Of a stretch of DNA of 64,000 nucleotides, positions 55,663 through 63,722 are shown piece after piece. Position numbers and translations under genes: made by a program. Origin of the DNA: a virus (Duplodnaviria; Caudoviricetes); the IMG/VR virus record IMGVR_UViG_3300005989_000004, positions 4,035-68,034 of that record, one strand, 5' to 3'. The notes beneath the pieces are model-generated. The model saw only the letters and a list, made by a program, of their open reading frames with translations. It made no database searches and was not told where the DNA came from. Position 1 is the first letter of the stretch. The number at the start of each line of letters is the position of its first letter.

Positions 55663-55893
55663 ATGAGTTGGGTAGATATTGGTGTAATTATTTTCTGTTA
55701 TTTGTTTAGTTTTGTATATTTACTAAGAGATTGGCACTCTAAATCAAAACTAACAGGAGGAGATGTTCTAGTTGCAATGTTCTTGTCTTTACTTTTCGGA
55801 ATGCTATTGACACCTATCGTGTTAGTGATTATGATGTTCAGCACAACAGCAGACATTTTTAATAAAATCTTTGACAAAGTAAAAGGAGAGTAA
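55663..55893 (+). CDS. 2-TM membrane protein
   Basis: 76 aa, two hydrophobic helices. Confidence 0.65.
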   Translation: MSWVDIGVIIFCYLFSFVYLLRDWHSKSKLTGGDVLVAMFLSLLFGMLLTPIVLVIMMFSTTADIFNKIFDKVKGE

Positions 55894-55895
55894 TT

Positions 55896-57008
55896 GTGAA
55901 TAAGTATGTAACGAATTTCACTAGAACATGTTTCGACCATTGGAGTGCAAGTAAAGCCATTAATGAGTTTGTCCAAAACTATTTAGACAGCGATGGTGAG
56001 CAACAATGTGACTTCGGAAGTGATAGTATTATTTTACGTAATAAAAACATTTGCGTCAGCAATAAAATGCTGTTAATGGGATTGTCTGATAAGCGCGGTG
56101 ATGATTCTAAGCGTGGGTGTTTTGGTGTTGGTAGCATTCAAGCGATGGTTGTTCTAATTGATTTAGGTTATAGCATCACTATTCAAAACAATGATGTTGT
56201 GTGGGTTCCTACGTGGGAATATTCTGAACAGTTCGATACTGATGTAATGGTGATTTTGGAGCAAGAAGCAAGTAGTCCAAACAATCATTTCACTGTAATA
56301 ATTTGTGGATTGGAAGATTACGTAATTGATGAGGTGAAACAGCGTAGTCTAGCGTTCCAAGATCGGGAAGTGTTGTATTCAACACAATATGGTGACATTA
56401 TTTCAAATCCTAGTGATGGGGAAGGTGGAGAGGTGTATGTTGGTGATTTATATGTTTGTCAACACAAATCTTTTAAATACAGCTACAACATCAAACCTAA
56501 ATTGCTAGAATTGTCACAAGACAGAAATGCTGTTTCTGAATATGCTTTGCAGGAATTAACATCCAAACTTATTGTAGCAACTAAAGATGTTGATTTCATC
56601 AAGGCTGCTATAGAGTCTCAAGGTCGAGATACATGGAGTGTTAACGCTTACTCTTTTGAGAAAGACCGACAAACTCCGAGCGAAGTTGATGACGAATTTG
56701 CTAAAGACTTCTTAAAGGAAAATCGTGGGTATACGATCACCAACGACTACGACGAACACAAGAAAATGGAAAAGTTAGGTAATAAGAGTGTTTATGAACC
56801 AAACGCACGTATTGCTAAGAGTGTACAGAAGTCTAGTCTTTATCTGGAAAGTCTTGAAGATGTTAAATTGGTTGAGGAAGAACCTTTTAAAGATTTGTTG
56901 GAAAAATTACTTGACATGTTGGATGATAAATACGAAAATAGAGACTACTTAAACATAGCTAATAAGTCACTAATTGATGAAATTAGAAATCGTTTAGATG
57001 AAATCTGA
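55896..57008 (+). CDS. GHKL (HSP90-like) ATPase-domain protein
   Basis: AINEFVQNYLD (ExxxNxxD), RGCFGVGS (G-rich loop), FTVIICG. Confidence 0.7.
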   Translation: MNKYVTNFTRTCFDHWSASKAINEFVQNYLDSDGEQQCDFGSDSIILRNKNICVSNKMLLMGLSDKRGDDSKRGCFGVGSIQAMVVLIDLGYSITIQNNDVVWVPTWEYSEQFDTDVMVILEQEASSPNNHFTVIICGLEDYVIDEVKQRSLAFQDREVLYSTQYGDIISNPSDGEGGEVYVGDLYVCQHKSFKYSYNIKPKLLELSQDRNAVSEYALQELTSKLIVATKDVDFIKAAIESQGRDTWSVNAYSFEKDRQTPSEVDDEFAKDFLKENRGYTITNDYDEHKKMEKLGNKSVYEPNARIAKSVQKSSLYLESLEDVKLVEEEPFKDLLEKLLDMLDDKYENRDYLNIANKSLIDEIRNRLDEI

Positions 57009-57019
57009 TAGGAGGTAAA

Positions 57020-57451
57020 ATGGCAAAACTAAGTGAGCGTATACCGAGTGAACGGGTGGGGACACCGCAAAGAGTGATTGATGGTGTAAATCATGTTTTA
57101 TATGTAGATGTAACACCAGTAAATAAAGTAAATTGCAATATTAATTTAAACACATTAGGAGAAAATAAAATGACTGTTCGAGCATTAAACTTAACACTGA
57201 TCGATAATGACACAAATCTGAAAGTTAATGATAAAATTGTGTTCCAAAAAACTGTTGTGACAGAACACGATGATGATAAAACTATTCAGCAAGTACTGAT
57301 CACTGGTGATGTTGCATTGGCGTTAGATGAGCACAATATCAAGCGTTCTAAAACAGTAGATAAGTCTGTATTACGCAATACAGGAGTTAGTGTAACCTTA
57401 GAGCCAATCGAAATCTTTGAACTTGAGTGGTCTGTGGTGCGAGTGGGTTAG
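57020..57451 (+). CDS. Hypothetical protein with a second in-frame start at 57170
   Basis: AGGAGG before ATG 57020 and AGGAG before ATG 57170. Confidence 0.65.
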   Translation: MAKLSERIPSERVGTPQRVIDGVNHVLYVDVTPVNKVNCNINLNTLGENKMTVRALNLTLIDNDTNLKVNDKIVFQKTVVTEHDDDKTIQQVLITGDVALALDEHNIKRSKTVDKSVLRNTGVSVTLEPIEIFELEWSVVRVG

Positions 57452-57490
57452 TGTGTTGGGAAGGGATTACATTTGCGTAATCCTTTCCAA

Positions 57491-57565
57491 AAGAGCTTTT
57501 GAGCGATTTATTTATTGAGTAATACGTTAGGGCAGGTAAGTAGAGATAATCGCTCAAAAGCTCTT
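57491..57565 (+). repeat. Dispersed intergenic element copy 3 with perfect 18-bp inverted arms
   Basis: AAGAGCTTTTGAGCGATT (57491-57508), N39 with TAATACGT at 57520, AATCGCTCAAAAGCTCTT (57548-57565). Confidence 0.85.
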
Positions 57566-57579
57566 ACAGTGCGTTTAAA

Positions 57580-57828
57580 TTGATTATAACAGGAGATTTC
57601 CGCGTGGTAACATTAAATATCATCCAAACTCAAGATCAGAGAGATGTTCTGTCAGAGCATGATCGTGGAATCTATTATGTTCATAAACGTAATTGTTTAG
57701 CAGCTTTCCCATTTGGTGAGGCTGGTCATTATAATACAGCTAATGAGGCGTTTGATGCTATGAAAAATTTCTTGCAATCTAGGAAAGATGCTGATAAGCT
57801 ACGTGTCACATTGATTGAGAGGGGTTGA
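57580..57828 (+). CDS. Hypothetical protein
   Basis: 82-aa ORF. Confidence 0.55.
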   Translation: MIITGDFRVVTLNIIQTQDQRDVLSEHDRGIYYVHKRNCLAAFPFGEAGHYNTANEAFDAMKNFLQSRKDADKLRVTLIERG

Positions 57829-57829
57829 T

Positions 57830-58330
57830 ATGAATGTATTTTACACTAACCGTTGTCCAGCAGAAGCGGCTTTAGACCACACTAAGCGCCATCAAGTAAA
57901 AATGATCTTGGAATACGCGCAATTATTGTCCACTGCACACTTTGAAATTGATGGTACAACTACGCAATACAAACCAACACACAAGAATCACCCATCAGCT
58001 ATTTGGGTTAGGCAATCTGTCCATCATTATAATTGGGTGCATCGTTGTGCTATGGAATTGTGTAGATTATACGCTGAATCAACAGGTAAGATACATGCAA
58101 CGCAGAGCGTTTTAGAGGCACTTTCTGCCCCTCCCTGTGGGGTAGGGTTAGGTGAATTCAAAGAGCCGCCTGTAGCTGCTCCTGATGAGTTTAAAGCTAT
58201 GGCTATTTGGAAATCACCAACAATAGCTTATCAAAAATATTTAATTAGCAAATTTAATGAATGGCAACAACGTGATAAACCTCTCAAAGTTGAGTGGAGT
58301 CATCGTAAACCTAGTTGGATTGGAGAATAA
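57830..58330 (+). CDS. Pyrimidine-dimer DNA glycosylase / endonuclease V-like protein
   Basis: MNVFY...HQVKMILEYAQLLSTAH...YKPTHKNHPSAIW pattern. Confidence 0.6.
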   Translation: MNVFYTNRCPAEAALDHTKRHQVKMILEYAQLLSTAHFEIDGTTTQYKPTHKNHPSAIWVRQSVHHYNWVHRCAMELCRLYAESTGKIHATQSVLEALSAPPCGVGLGEFKEPPVAAPDEFKAMAIWKSPTIAYQKYLISKFNEWQQRDKPLKVEWSHRKPSWIGE

Positions 58331-58332
58331 TT

Positions 58333-58629
58333 ATGAAACAACGTATTTTAGGTATGGCTATTGATCTTGAACTGGAATTTGGAGTGTCTGCTGAAAAAGT
58401 AATTTCACAACTACAAGATTTACTTTCCGCATACGGTGAAGGTAATGTTGAGGTTAGGCATTACACAGAACCTTACGATTCTTATGGCCGTACTGTGTGC
58501 ATGTGTTACCGCGAAGAAACAGAGGACGAATATGAAAAACGCATTGCTCACGAAACATGGATGGATAATCAGAAACGTGAACAAGAACTGAAGATGTTCG
58601 CTCAATTAAGAGCTAAATATGAAAAATAG
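58333..58629 (+). CDS. Hypothetical protein
   Basis: 98 aa; REETEDEYEKR...LRAKYE. Confidence 0.65.
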   Translation: MKQRILGMAIDLELEFGVSAEKVISQLQDLLSAYGEGNVEVRHYTEPYDSYGRTVCMCYREETEDEYEKRIAHETWMDNQKREQELKMFAQLRAKYEK

Positions 58630-58638
58630 GATATTAAA

Positions 58639-58812
58639 ATGTTTGGGTTCAAAACATTAACACTGTTAGATGTATTCAATACACAAATACAATTCACATT
58701 AGACGTAGAATATGATAACATCTACATTGAATTAAACGGGAAAATTGTGTATCTAGAACATTCACAATTGCAGCAAATAAGAGAATTAATAGGAGATAAA
58801 ATAAATGGCTAA
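58639..58812 (+). CDS. 57-aa hypothetical protein
   Basis: Hand-translated MFGFKTLTLLDVFN...GDKING; AGGA RBS. Confidence 0.55.
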   Translation: MFGFKTLTLLDVFNTQIQFTLDVEYDNIYIELNGKIVYLEHSQLQQIRELIGDKING

Positions 58813-59614
58813 TGTGTTTATTGTAATTGATACAGAAACAACAGGATTGTTTGAGCCTGAATTGGTTGAATTTGGATTTAGTGTATTTCGTAAAGAACGA
58901 AAGGATTTCAGTTTAGTTTATAAGTATTCTGAGCTATTCAAACCATCTAAGCCTATTGAATATAGTGCTATGGGTGTGCATCATATTACAAATGATGATG
59001 TTAAGTTTCAAGGGAGTTTCCCACATAAAACATTAAACTTAAAAAATATTATTGATGGTCAGATTCTTGTTAAAAATATCCGAGAAGATGATGTTGTATT
59101 TTTAGTGGGTCACAATGTTGAATTTGATTTGAAAGTGCTACCAGAATTCTTGGATAGTGTCAATTTAATTAAAGAACCATCAGATAGTGAGCTAGAATTT
59201 TTAGAACCGGATCAATTTTATCACACATCGAAGGTTGTATATCTTTTAGATACATTAAAAGCGGCACGTAATGTTGTCGATAAGAAAGAATGTGGCGATC
59301 ATAAAAACATCACTCTATTCTATTATTTTGAATTAAATAAAATCCTAACTATTAAAGATTTACACAGTGTTGAAACAGATACGCTTATCACAGGATGGTT
59401 GGTGAATGTTATGGCTAACAAATATGGATTAGCTCGAATGTTCAAAGGGAAAGAGAAAGAAGATTATACAGTGTGTATGTTCCCTAAATATAAAAATATC
59501 AAATGGGACGATGTTTGCCGTAAAGATATTGATTATGTGAAATTCTTAAAAGATAAAGGCAAGCTAAACACTGAACAAATCTCTCTCATTAAGAGTCTTG
59601 GGTTTAAGCTATAA
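58805..59614 (+). CDS. DEDDh 3'-5' exonuclease (DnaQ/ExoX-like)
   Basis: IDTETTG, VHHIT, GHNVEFD, LDTL, HSVETD. Confidence 0.85.
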   Translation: MANVFIVIDTETTGLFEPELVEFGFSVFRKERKDFSLVYKYSELFKPSKPIEYSAMGVHHITNDDVKFQGSFPHKTLNLKNIIDGQILVKNIREDDVVFLVGHNVEFDLKVLPEFLDSVNLIKEPSDSELEFLEPDQFYHTSKVVYLLDTLKAARNVVDKKECGDHKNITLFYYFELNKILTIKDLHSVETDTLITGWLVNVMANKYGLARMFKGKEKEDYTVCMFPKYKNIKWDDVCRKDIDYVKFLKDKGKLNTEQISLIKSLGFKL

Positions 59615-59648
59615 CATTATCAAATTATGGGCGGGGTGATAGGGCGGC

Positions 59649-59789
59649 ATGTTTTTGGAAATTGCTAAAAATATATTATCGAAGATATTATCATTTATTT
59701 TGTATTCTATTGTTGTGATTTTGTGGGCGCTTGTCTGTGGATGGGTGAGTTTCCACTTAATAATCCACCTTGTAACACGTAATGTTTAA
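59649..59789 (+). CDS. 46-aa membrane peptide
   Basis: Hand-translated MFLELLKNILSKILSFILYSIVVILWALVCGWVSFHLIIHLVTRNV. Confidence 0.45.
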   Translation: MFLEIAKNILSKILSFILYSIVVILWALVCGWVSFHLIIHLVTRNV

Positions 59790-59795
59790 ATGAAT

Positions 59796-59819
59796 GCCCA
59801 GCCTTGTGCTGGGTTTTTT
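59796..59819 (+). terminator. Terminator closing the 53.9-59.8 kb block
   Basis: CCCAGC-CTTGT-GCTGGG then TTTTTT. Confidence 0.85.
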
Positions 59820-59833
59820 ATTGCCTAAAATTT

Positions 59834-59960
59834 AGAACCGGATGAGAATTATCACAAGCCGAAGGCTGGTCAAAATAAAACACAAACAAATTATAATTTC
59901 TAAATAAATTTTGCTGAATAATTTCAGAACCGGAGCGATTTTATCATAGCTCGAAGGCTG
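59834..59960 (+). repeat. Two 35-bp imperfect direct repeats in the long non-coding gap
   Basis: AGAACCGGA-N17-CGAAGGCTG at 59834-59868 and 59926-59960, both with central TTATCA. Confidence 0.75.
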
Positions 59961-60355
59961 CCCAACACCATGAGAAATAAAAAATAAATATCAAAAATTG
60001 AAATTTTTCAAAAGTTGAAATGTTACTCGTTATTTATAAAATGTTAACGGAATGTATGTTAGAAAATTTGTGGAATTGTTATTGAATTTATAGTGAATTG
60101 TTGCAAATGTTAACAAAATTTTCTCTAGGCGAACGCCCCGTATTGTTAACCCCGCTAACATTAAGCTAAGCGCAAGCATTTAATAAGTACAATTATACAC
60201 AATAAAAACATAAAAACAAGTCTATTTTGCAAAAATATATTTTTAACTAAAACCCTAGTTATTTGTTGACAATTGGCAAAAAGTGTAGTAGTCGCGCACC
60301 TGTTCCTTATACAAAAAATGCCTAAAAATATTTTTTAAATTTATTGTTTTTATTG

Positions 60356-60385
60356 TTGACAGTGGCGACGAGATCGTCCAATATT
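60356..60385 (+). promoter_or_regulatory. Probable early promoter
   Basis: TTGACA-N17/18-CAATAT/AATATT before the first early gene. Confidence 0.45.
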
Positions 60386-60417
60386 CACCACGTCAGCAAC
60401 GCCACAAGGGGAAAACT

Positions 60418-60600
60418 ATGACAATTTATCAAGAGCACGGCTTCAATACTCGCCGCGAATATTTAGAAAGTCTAGCAGACGATTTTGGGTTATCAAAATC
60501 AGAAGTTTTTGCAATTGCTAGTTTACTTGGTAAGTCTGAAGATTTTGACGGCCTGATCTGTACTTTAGAAGATCGCGCCGCTGAACTTGATTTTAATTAA
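60418..60600 (+). CDS. Small acidic early protein
   Basis: 60 aa, AAGGGG RBS. Confidence 0.65.
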   Translation: MTIYQEHGFNTRREYLESLADDFGLSKSEVFAIASLLGKSEDFDGLICTLEDRAAELDFN

Positions 60601-60646
60601 TTTGTAACGCGCCCAGCTTGGGCGCTATCCTTGGGAGTTTGTTCAT

Positions 60647-60967
60647 ATGTTATCTTTAAAAATTGTCGCAGAAAGAATGCCTAGCGGTTTATACTTGACC
60701 CGACCTTTTGACGGTTTAGGGTCATGCGGTTGGAGTCCTTTTGCTTGGACTGCCGTGTATGGTAAAACCAAAAACGATACAATTACTAATTTTAAAAAGG
60801 TGCATTATTCTAAAATTTTAGAAATGAAAAACGGACAAATTATGAATACAGCATATAAAAAAATACAGCAAGAAAAACGCCAAGCTATGATCTTAGCTAG
60901 TCTTAGTTTCATATCTTGCTGGGCTGGTATTGTTTTAACAATGTTTTATTGGCTAACTTCTATCTAA
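60647..60967 (+). CDS. Early hypothetical protein with C-terminal TM
   Basis: 106 aa, GGGAG RBS. Confidence 0.6.
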   Translation: MLSLKIVAERMPSGLYLTRPFDGLGSCGWSPFAWTAVYGKTKNDTITNFKKVHYSKILEMKNGQIMNTAYKKIQQEKRQAMILASLSFISCWAGIVLTMFYWLTSI

Positions 60968-60985
60968 TTCATTAAGGGCTTTATT

Positions 60986-61503
60986 ATGAATAGCACTATC
61001 AAAAAATTCCCAGAAAACAAAGTAAGCGCATTAAATACGATTGAATTGTTACAAGCTGAAATTGTAGAAAAATTCCCAGTATTATTTCCGTCTTTAGTTT
61101 GGAAAATTGACAACAAACTAAACAAAAATCACAAGAAAAGTGGGATGCTTTCAAAGATTCTATTTTAGAATTAGCACAAGAAAATAAACATCTAGTACGC
61201 ATTTGGATTCAATACAACGACCGTTATATTTGGATCAATGGTGACTATCGTGTAATTGTTAAAGAAACAAAACACGCTAATTTTGATCCGTCTTATTCTT
61301 GCGAATACCTTAAATTTTCATTATATTTTAATTGTAAGGACGGGTTTTCACACTACAAACAAAAACCGCTAATACAATTAGATGATGTAATCAATGCTGA
61401 AATTGAATATCAGCAATTAGATAAACAATTAGACGAAATTAAAAGTAAACTATCTAGCTTGCGATCAAAGTATCATTTAGACGATTATGGTAAATTTATC
61501 TAA
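60986..61503 (+). pseudogene. Gene broken by a one-base frameshift at about 61115-61117 (restored ~172 aa)
   Basis: Frame 0 stops at 61168, while the -1 frame is open 61111-61503 with no start codon or RBS. Confidence 0.6.
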
Positions 61504-61570
61504 TTATTAAATATCGTATGCGCCGCATATAATTTTTATGCGGCAAACAAACAATAAAAAGGTTTTTATT

Positions 61571-62215
61571 ATGACTGCTAACAACACAGTAAAACATATT
61601 GAGCGCTTACAACAGCAATTGGCTAGTGAATTGTTATTAATTGAACATATCAACAACGATCCGTTGTTGAAGGGGTTGTATGATAGATTTAATCCTGTTT
61701 TACATGTCAATCAATTATATGGTGTTGACGGGGCACTATCTTTCAAAGTGACAAAAGATTTGTTGCAGGATATTATCCCGTTGTTTGATAGTGTTGTAAC
61801 AAGCTGTCAAGCTAGCGGCACTTGGTTTTATAGCCAATTCCCGCAAACCTTCGATATTAAAAATAAAGATAATAAAGTATCTAACATAAGAACCAACCAT
61901 TTAATGGCTGAATATGGTGTTAATAATCTTTCTGTATCTTTTTATTATGAAACAGAACAGAAAAAATTAATTAAAATAAAATTAGACTTTTTGAATGTTA
62001 TTATTGGGCAAAATTATAATCAATTTAGCCGCGATTTAAAAATCCCTTGTTTAGTAGAAAACCCAAGATACAACACAAAAACTAAAAGCAGTGAAACAAA
62101 ATACGTAGGCAAGTATGTTAACGTAATGACAGACAATTTTGCTGTATACGCTCTGCAGTCGGTTGGCTGGTGGTTTGACTTGGTGGAACAATTCGGAGTC
62201 GTTGCCGATGAATAA
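61571..62215 (+). CDS. Early hypothetical protein
   Basis: ATG 61571 after AAGG; 214 aa. Confidence 0.7.
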   Translation: MTANNTVKHIERLQQQLASELLLIEHINNDPLLKGLYDRFNPVLHVNQLYGVDGALSFKVTKDLLQDIIPLFDSVVTSCQASGTWFYSQFPQTFDIKNKDNKVSNIRTNHLMAEYGVNNLSVSFYYETEQKKLIKIKLDFLNVIIGQNYNQFSRDLKIPCLVENPRYNTKTKSSETKYVGKYVNVMTDNFAVYALQSVGWWFDLVEQFGVVADE

Positions 62216-62363
62216 AACATTTATTGTTGAAGTATTTTGCCTAAAAACAAGGCTAGTAAATATCAATACTTACAACGCTATTGTATGGCGCAGTATGTCG
62301 CAATATTATAGCCAATTGAAACAAAGTGGCGTGATCAAATATACTGTAAAAGAGGTCGGATGA
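62208..62363 (+). CDS. 51-aa hypothetical protein
   Basis: ATG 62208 after GGAG; overlaps upstream stop. Confidence 0.5.
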   Translation: MNKTFIVEVFCLKTRLVNINTYNAIVWRSMSQYYSQLKQSGVIKYTVKEVG

Positions 62364-62364
62364 A

Positions 62365-62664
62365 ATGAAACTAGAAGAAATAGAAAAAGCGTTATCATTT
62401 TTAAAAGATAGTCACGTTGTTTTAAAAGTGTATAAATCCGGTTATTTTCAAGTCATTTTAAACACAAACTCAAGTAGTAATGTCGGCTATGATGTAAAAT
62501 TTGATTCAATATATAAACGGCTAGAAATATCAGCATTTAGAAAAAATCCTTGGAAAAGTAACGATCTGTTTGTTTTGATCAATGACATGACAAGTAAACA
62601 ATGTAATTATATTAAAAAGCATTTAATTGAAAATTATTTTGAAGACTTGGGTTATTTAATTTAA
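62365..62664 (+). CDS. Early hypothetical protein
   Basis: 99 aa, GAGG RBS. Confidence 0.6.
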   Translation: MKLEEIEKALSFLKDSHVVLKVYKSGYFQVILNTNSSSNVGYDVKFDSIYKRLEISAFRKNPWKSNDLFVLINDMTSKQCNYIKKHLIENYFEDLGYLI

Positions 62665-62674
62665 GGGCAATAAA

Positions 62675-63034
62675 ATGATAGTAGCTAAAAACAATAACGG
62701 CGATACATTAGAAATAATCAAACAATATAAAAATATGAATTCTTTTATCTATCGCTTTCAATTGACATACGCTAACGAAAATCCATTTTTTACAGGTGAA
62801 CAATACAATACGAAAGAATTGATTTTAAATGATGCAGCTAGCGTTGCTTTATCTAAATTGTGTGATTGTTTCTCCGTGTCTGATATTGTCGCAGGAATCA
62901 AAAACAATGATAAATTGCAAATAACTGAACAACAAAAAACCGCTTTATTTGTAGCGCTTAGTGTTTTAAATGATGGAAGCGAACAGCAACAAATTGCGGC
63001 GCTTTATATTAAACAATTAATTGAAAGGACTTGA
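62675..63034 (+). CDS. Early hypothetical protein
   Basis: 119 aa, AAGGG RBS. Confidence 0.65.
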   Translation: MIVAKNNNGDTLEIIKQYKNMNSFIYRFQLTYANENPFFTGEQYNTKELILNDAASVALSKLCDCFSVSDIVAGIKNNDKLQITEQQKTALFVALSVLNDGSEQQQIAALYIKQLIERT

Positions 63035-63037
63035 ATA

Positions 63038-63148
63038 ATGGGTAAAACATATAAAGACAACGACCACAATAACAAAAACAAAAATAGTGCTAAAACTAAA
63101 GGCAAAGAAACAAAGCAATTTTTCAAAGATTGGAGCACCAAAGCATGA
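63038..63148 (+). CDS. 36-aa basic peptide
   Basis: Hand-translated MGKTYKDNDHNNKNKNSAKTKGKETKQFFKDWSTKA; AAGGA RBS. Confidence 0.5.
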   Translation: MGKTYKDNDHNNKNKNSAKTKGKETKQFFKDWSTKA

Positions 63149-63273
63149 TTATTTATTTTAAAACACGCGAACAGGCTAGAGAATTTGCAAAACGCACCGG
63201 ACGCAAAGCGCCAACGGGCAAAACTGCGGGAAAATGGGCTGTAATTGTTAGGCGTTCAACAATGGCACAATAA
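63145..63273 (+). CDS. 42-aa basic peptide
   Basis: Hand-translated MIIYFKTREQAREFAKRTGRKAPTGKTAGKWAVIVRRSTMAQ; GGAG RBS, ATGA overlap. Confidence 0.55.
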   Translation: MIIYFKTREQAREFAKRTGRKAPTGKTAGKWAVIVRRSTMAQ

Positions 63274-63287
63274 ACGGCAATTAAAAC

Positions 63288-63370
63288 GCAATAGGCTAGC
63301 CGCTGTGAGATTTTAAACGGCTAGCCAAGCCAAGGTATTACAAAAATTTGCGTCGATTCTAGCGCATTCT
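63288..63370 (-). repeat. Dispersed intergenic element copy 4 (divergent)
   Basis: On - strand TAATAC starts 63340 and AATC starts 63312 (28-nt offset), followed by N8-GCT. Confidence 0.55.
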
Positions 63371-63421
63371 AGGTGGGTTAAAATTGACGCTAAAATAATT
63401 AAAAATTTTTACTTGGGAGTG

Positions 63422-63450
63422 TTGACACCGATCACCAATGCTAGTAAATT
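63422..63450 (+). promoter_or_regulatory. sigma70-type promoter
   Basis: TTGACA-N17-TAAATT. Confidence 0.6.
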
Positions 63451-63501
63451 ACTAACCATCAAGGCGCGGCATGGTGTGGCGCTTGGAATAGGGGAATAGT
63501 T

Positions 63502-63708
63502 ATGAAATACTTAAAAGCGTTTGATGCTCACACAAGCCGTCAATCTATCGTCAGCGGTCTTTATAATAAAGGCCAATATGTTAAAATTGCAGGCAGAACT
63601 GCCAGATTTTGCGGTGTCTATAAAGGTAAGCCAGTTTTTGCAAATGGTAGTACACTAGCAGAACTGAATGTTCGCTTTGCGCGTATTTGTGCTAATTTTG
63701 GCTTTTAA
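63502..63708 (+). CDS. Small basic early protein
   Basis: 68 aa, AGGGG RBS. Confidence 0.65.
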   Translation: MKYLKAFDAHTSRQSIVSGLYNKGQYVKIAGRTARFCGVYKGKPVFANGSTLAELNVRFARICANFGF

Positions 63709-63722
63709 TAGGGACGTATGTT

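Noticed and set aside
57520-57545. TAATACG as a T7-type phage promoter
   Set aside because: Only the first 7 nt match TAATACGACTCACTATAG; the downstream bases differ among copies and two copies point against local transcription. Kept only as part of the dispersed element
59627-59782. Alternative 51-aa ORF MGGVIGRHVFG...
   Set aside because: No RBS; the overlapping frame from 59649 has a better RBS and a coherent TM helix
60266-60295. TTGACA at 60266 as a promoter
   Set aside because: No acceptable -10 hexamer at 16-18 nt spacing
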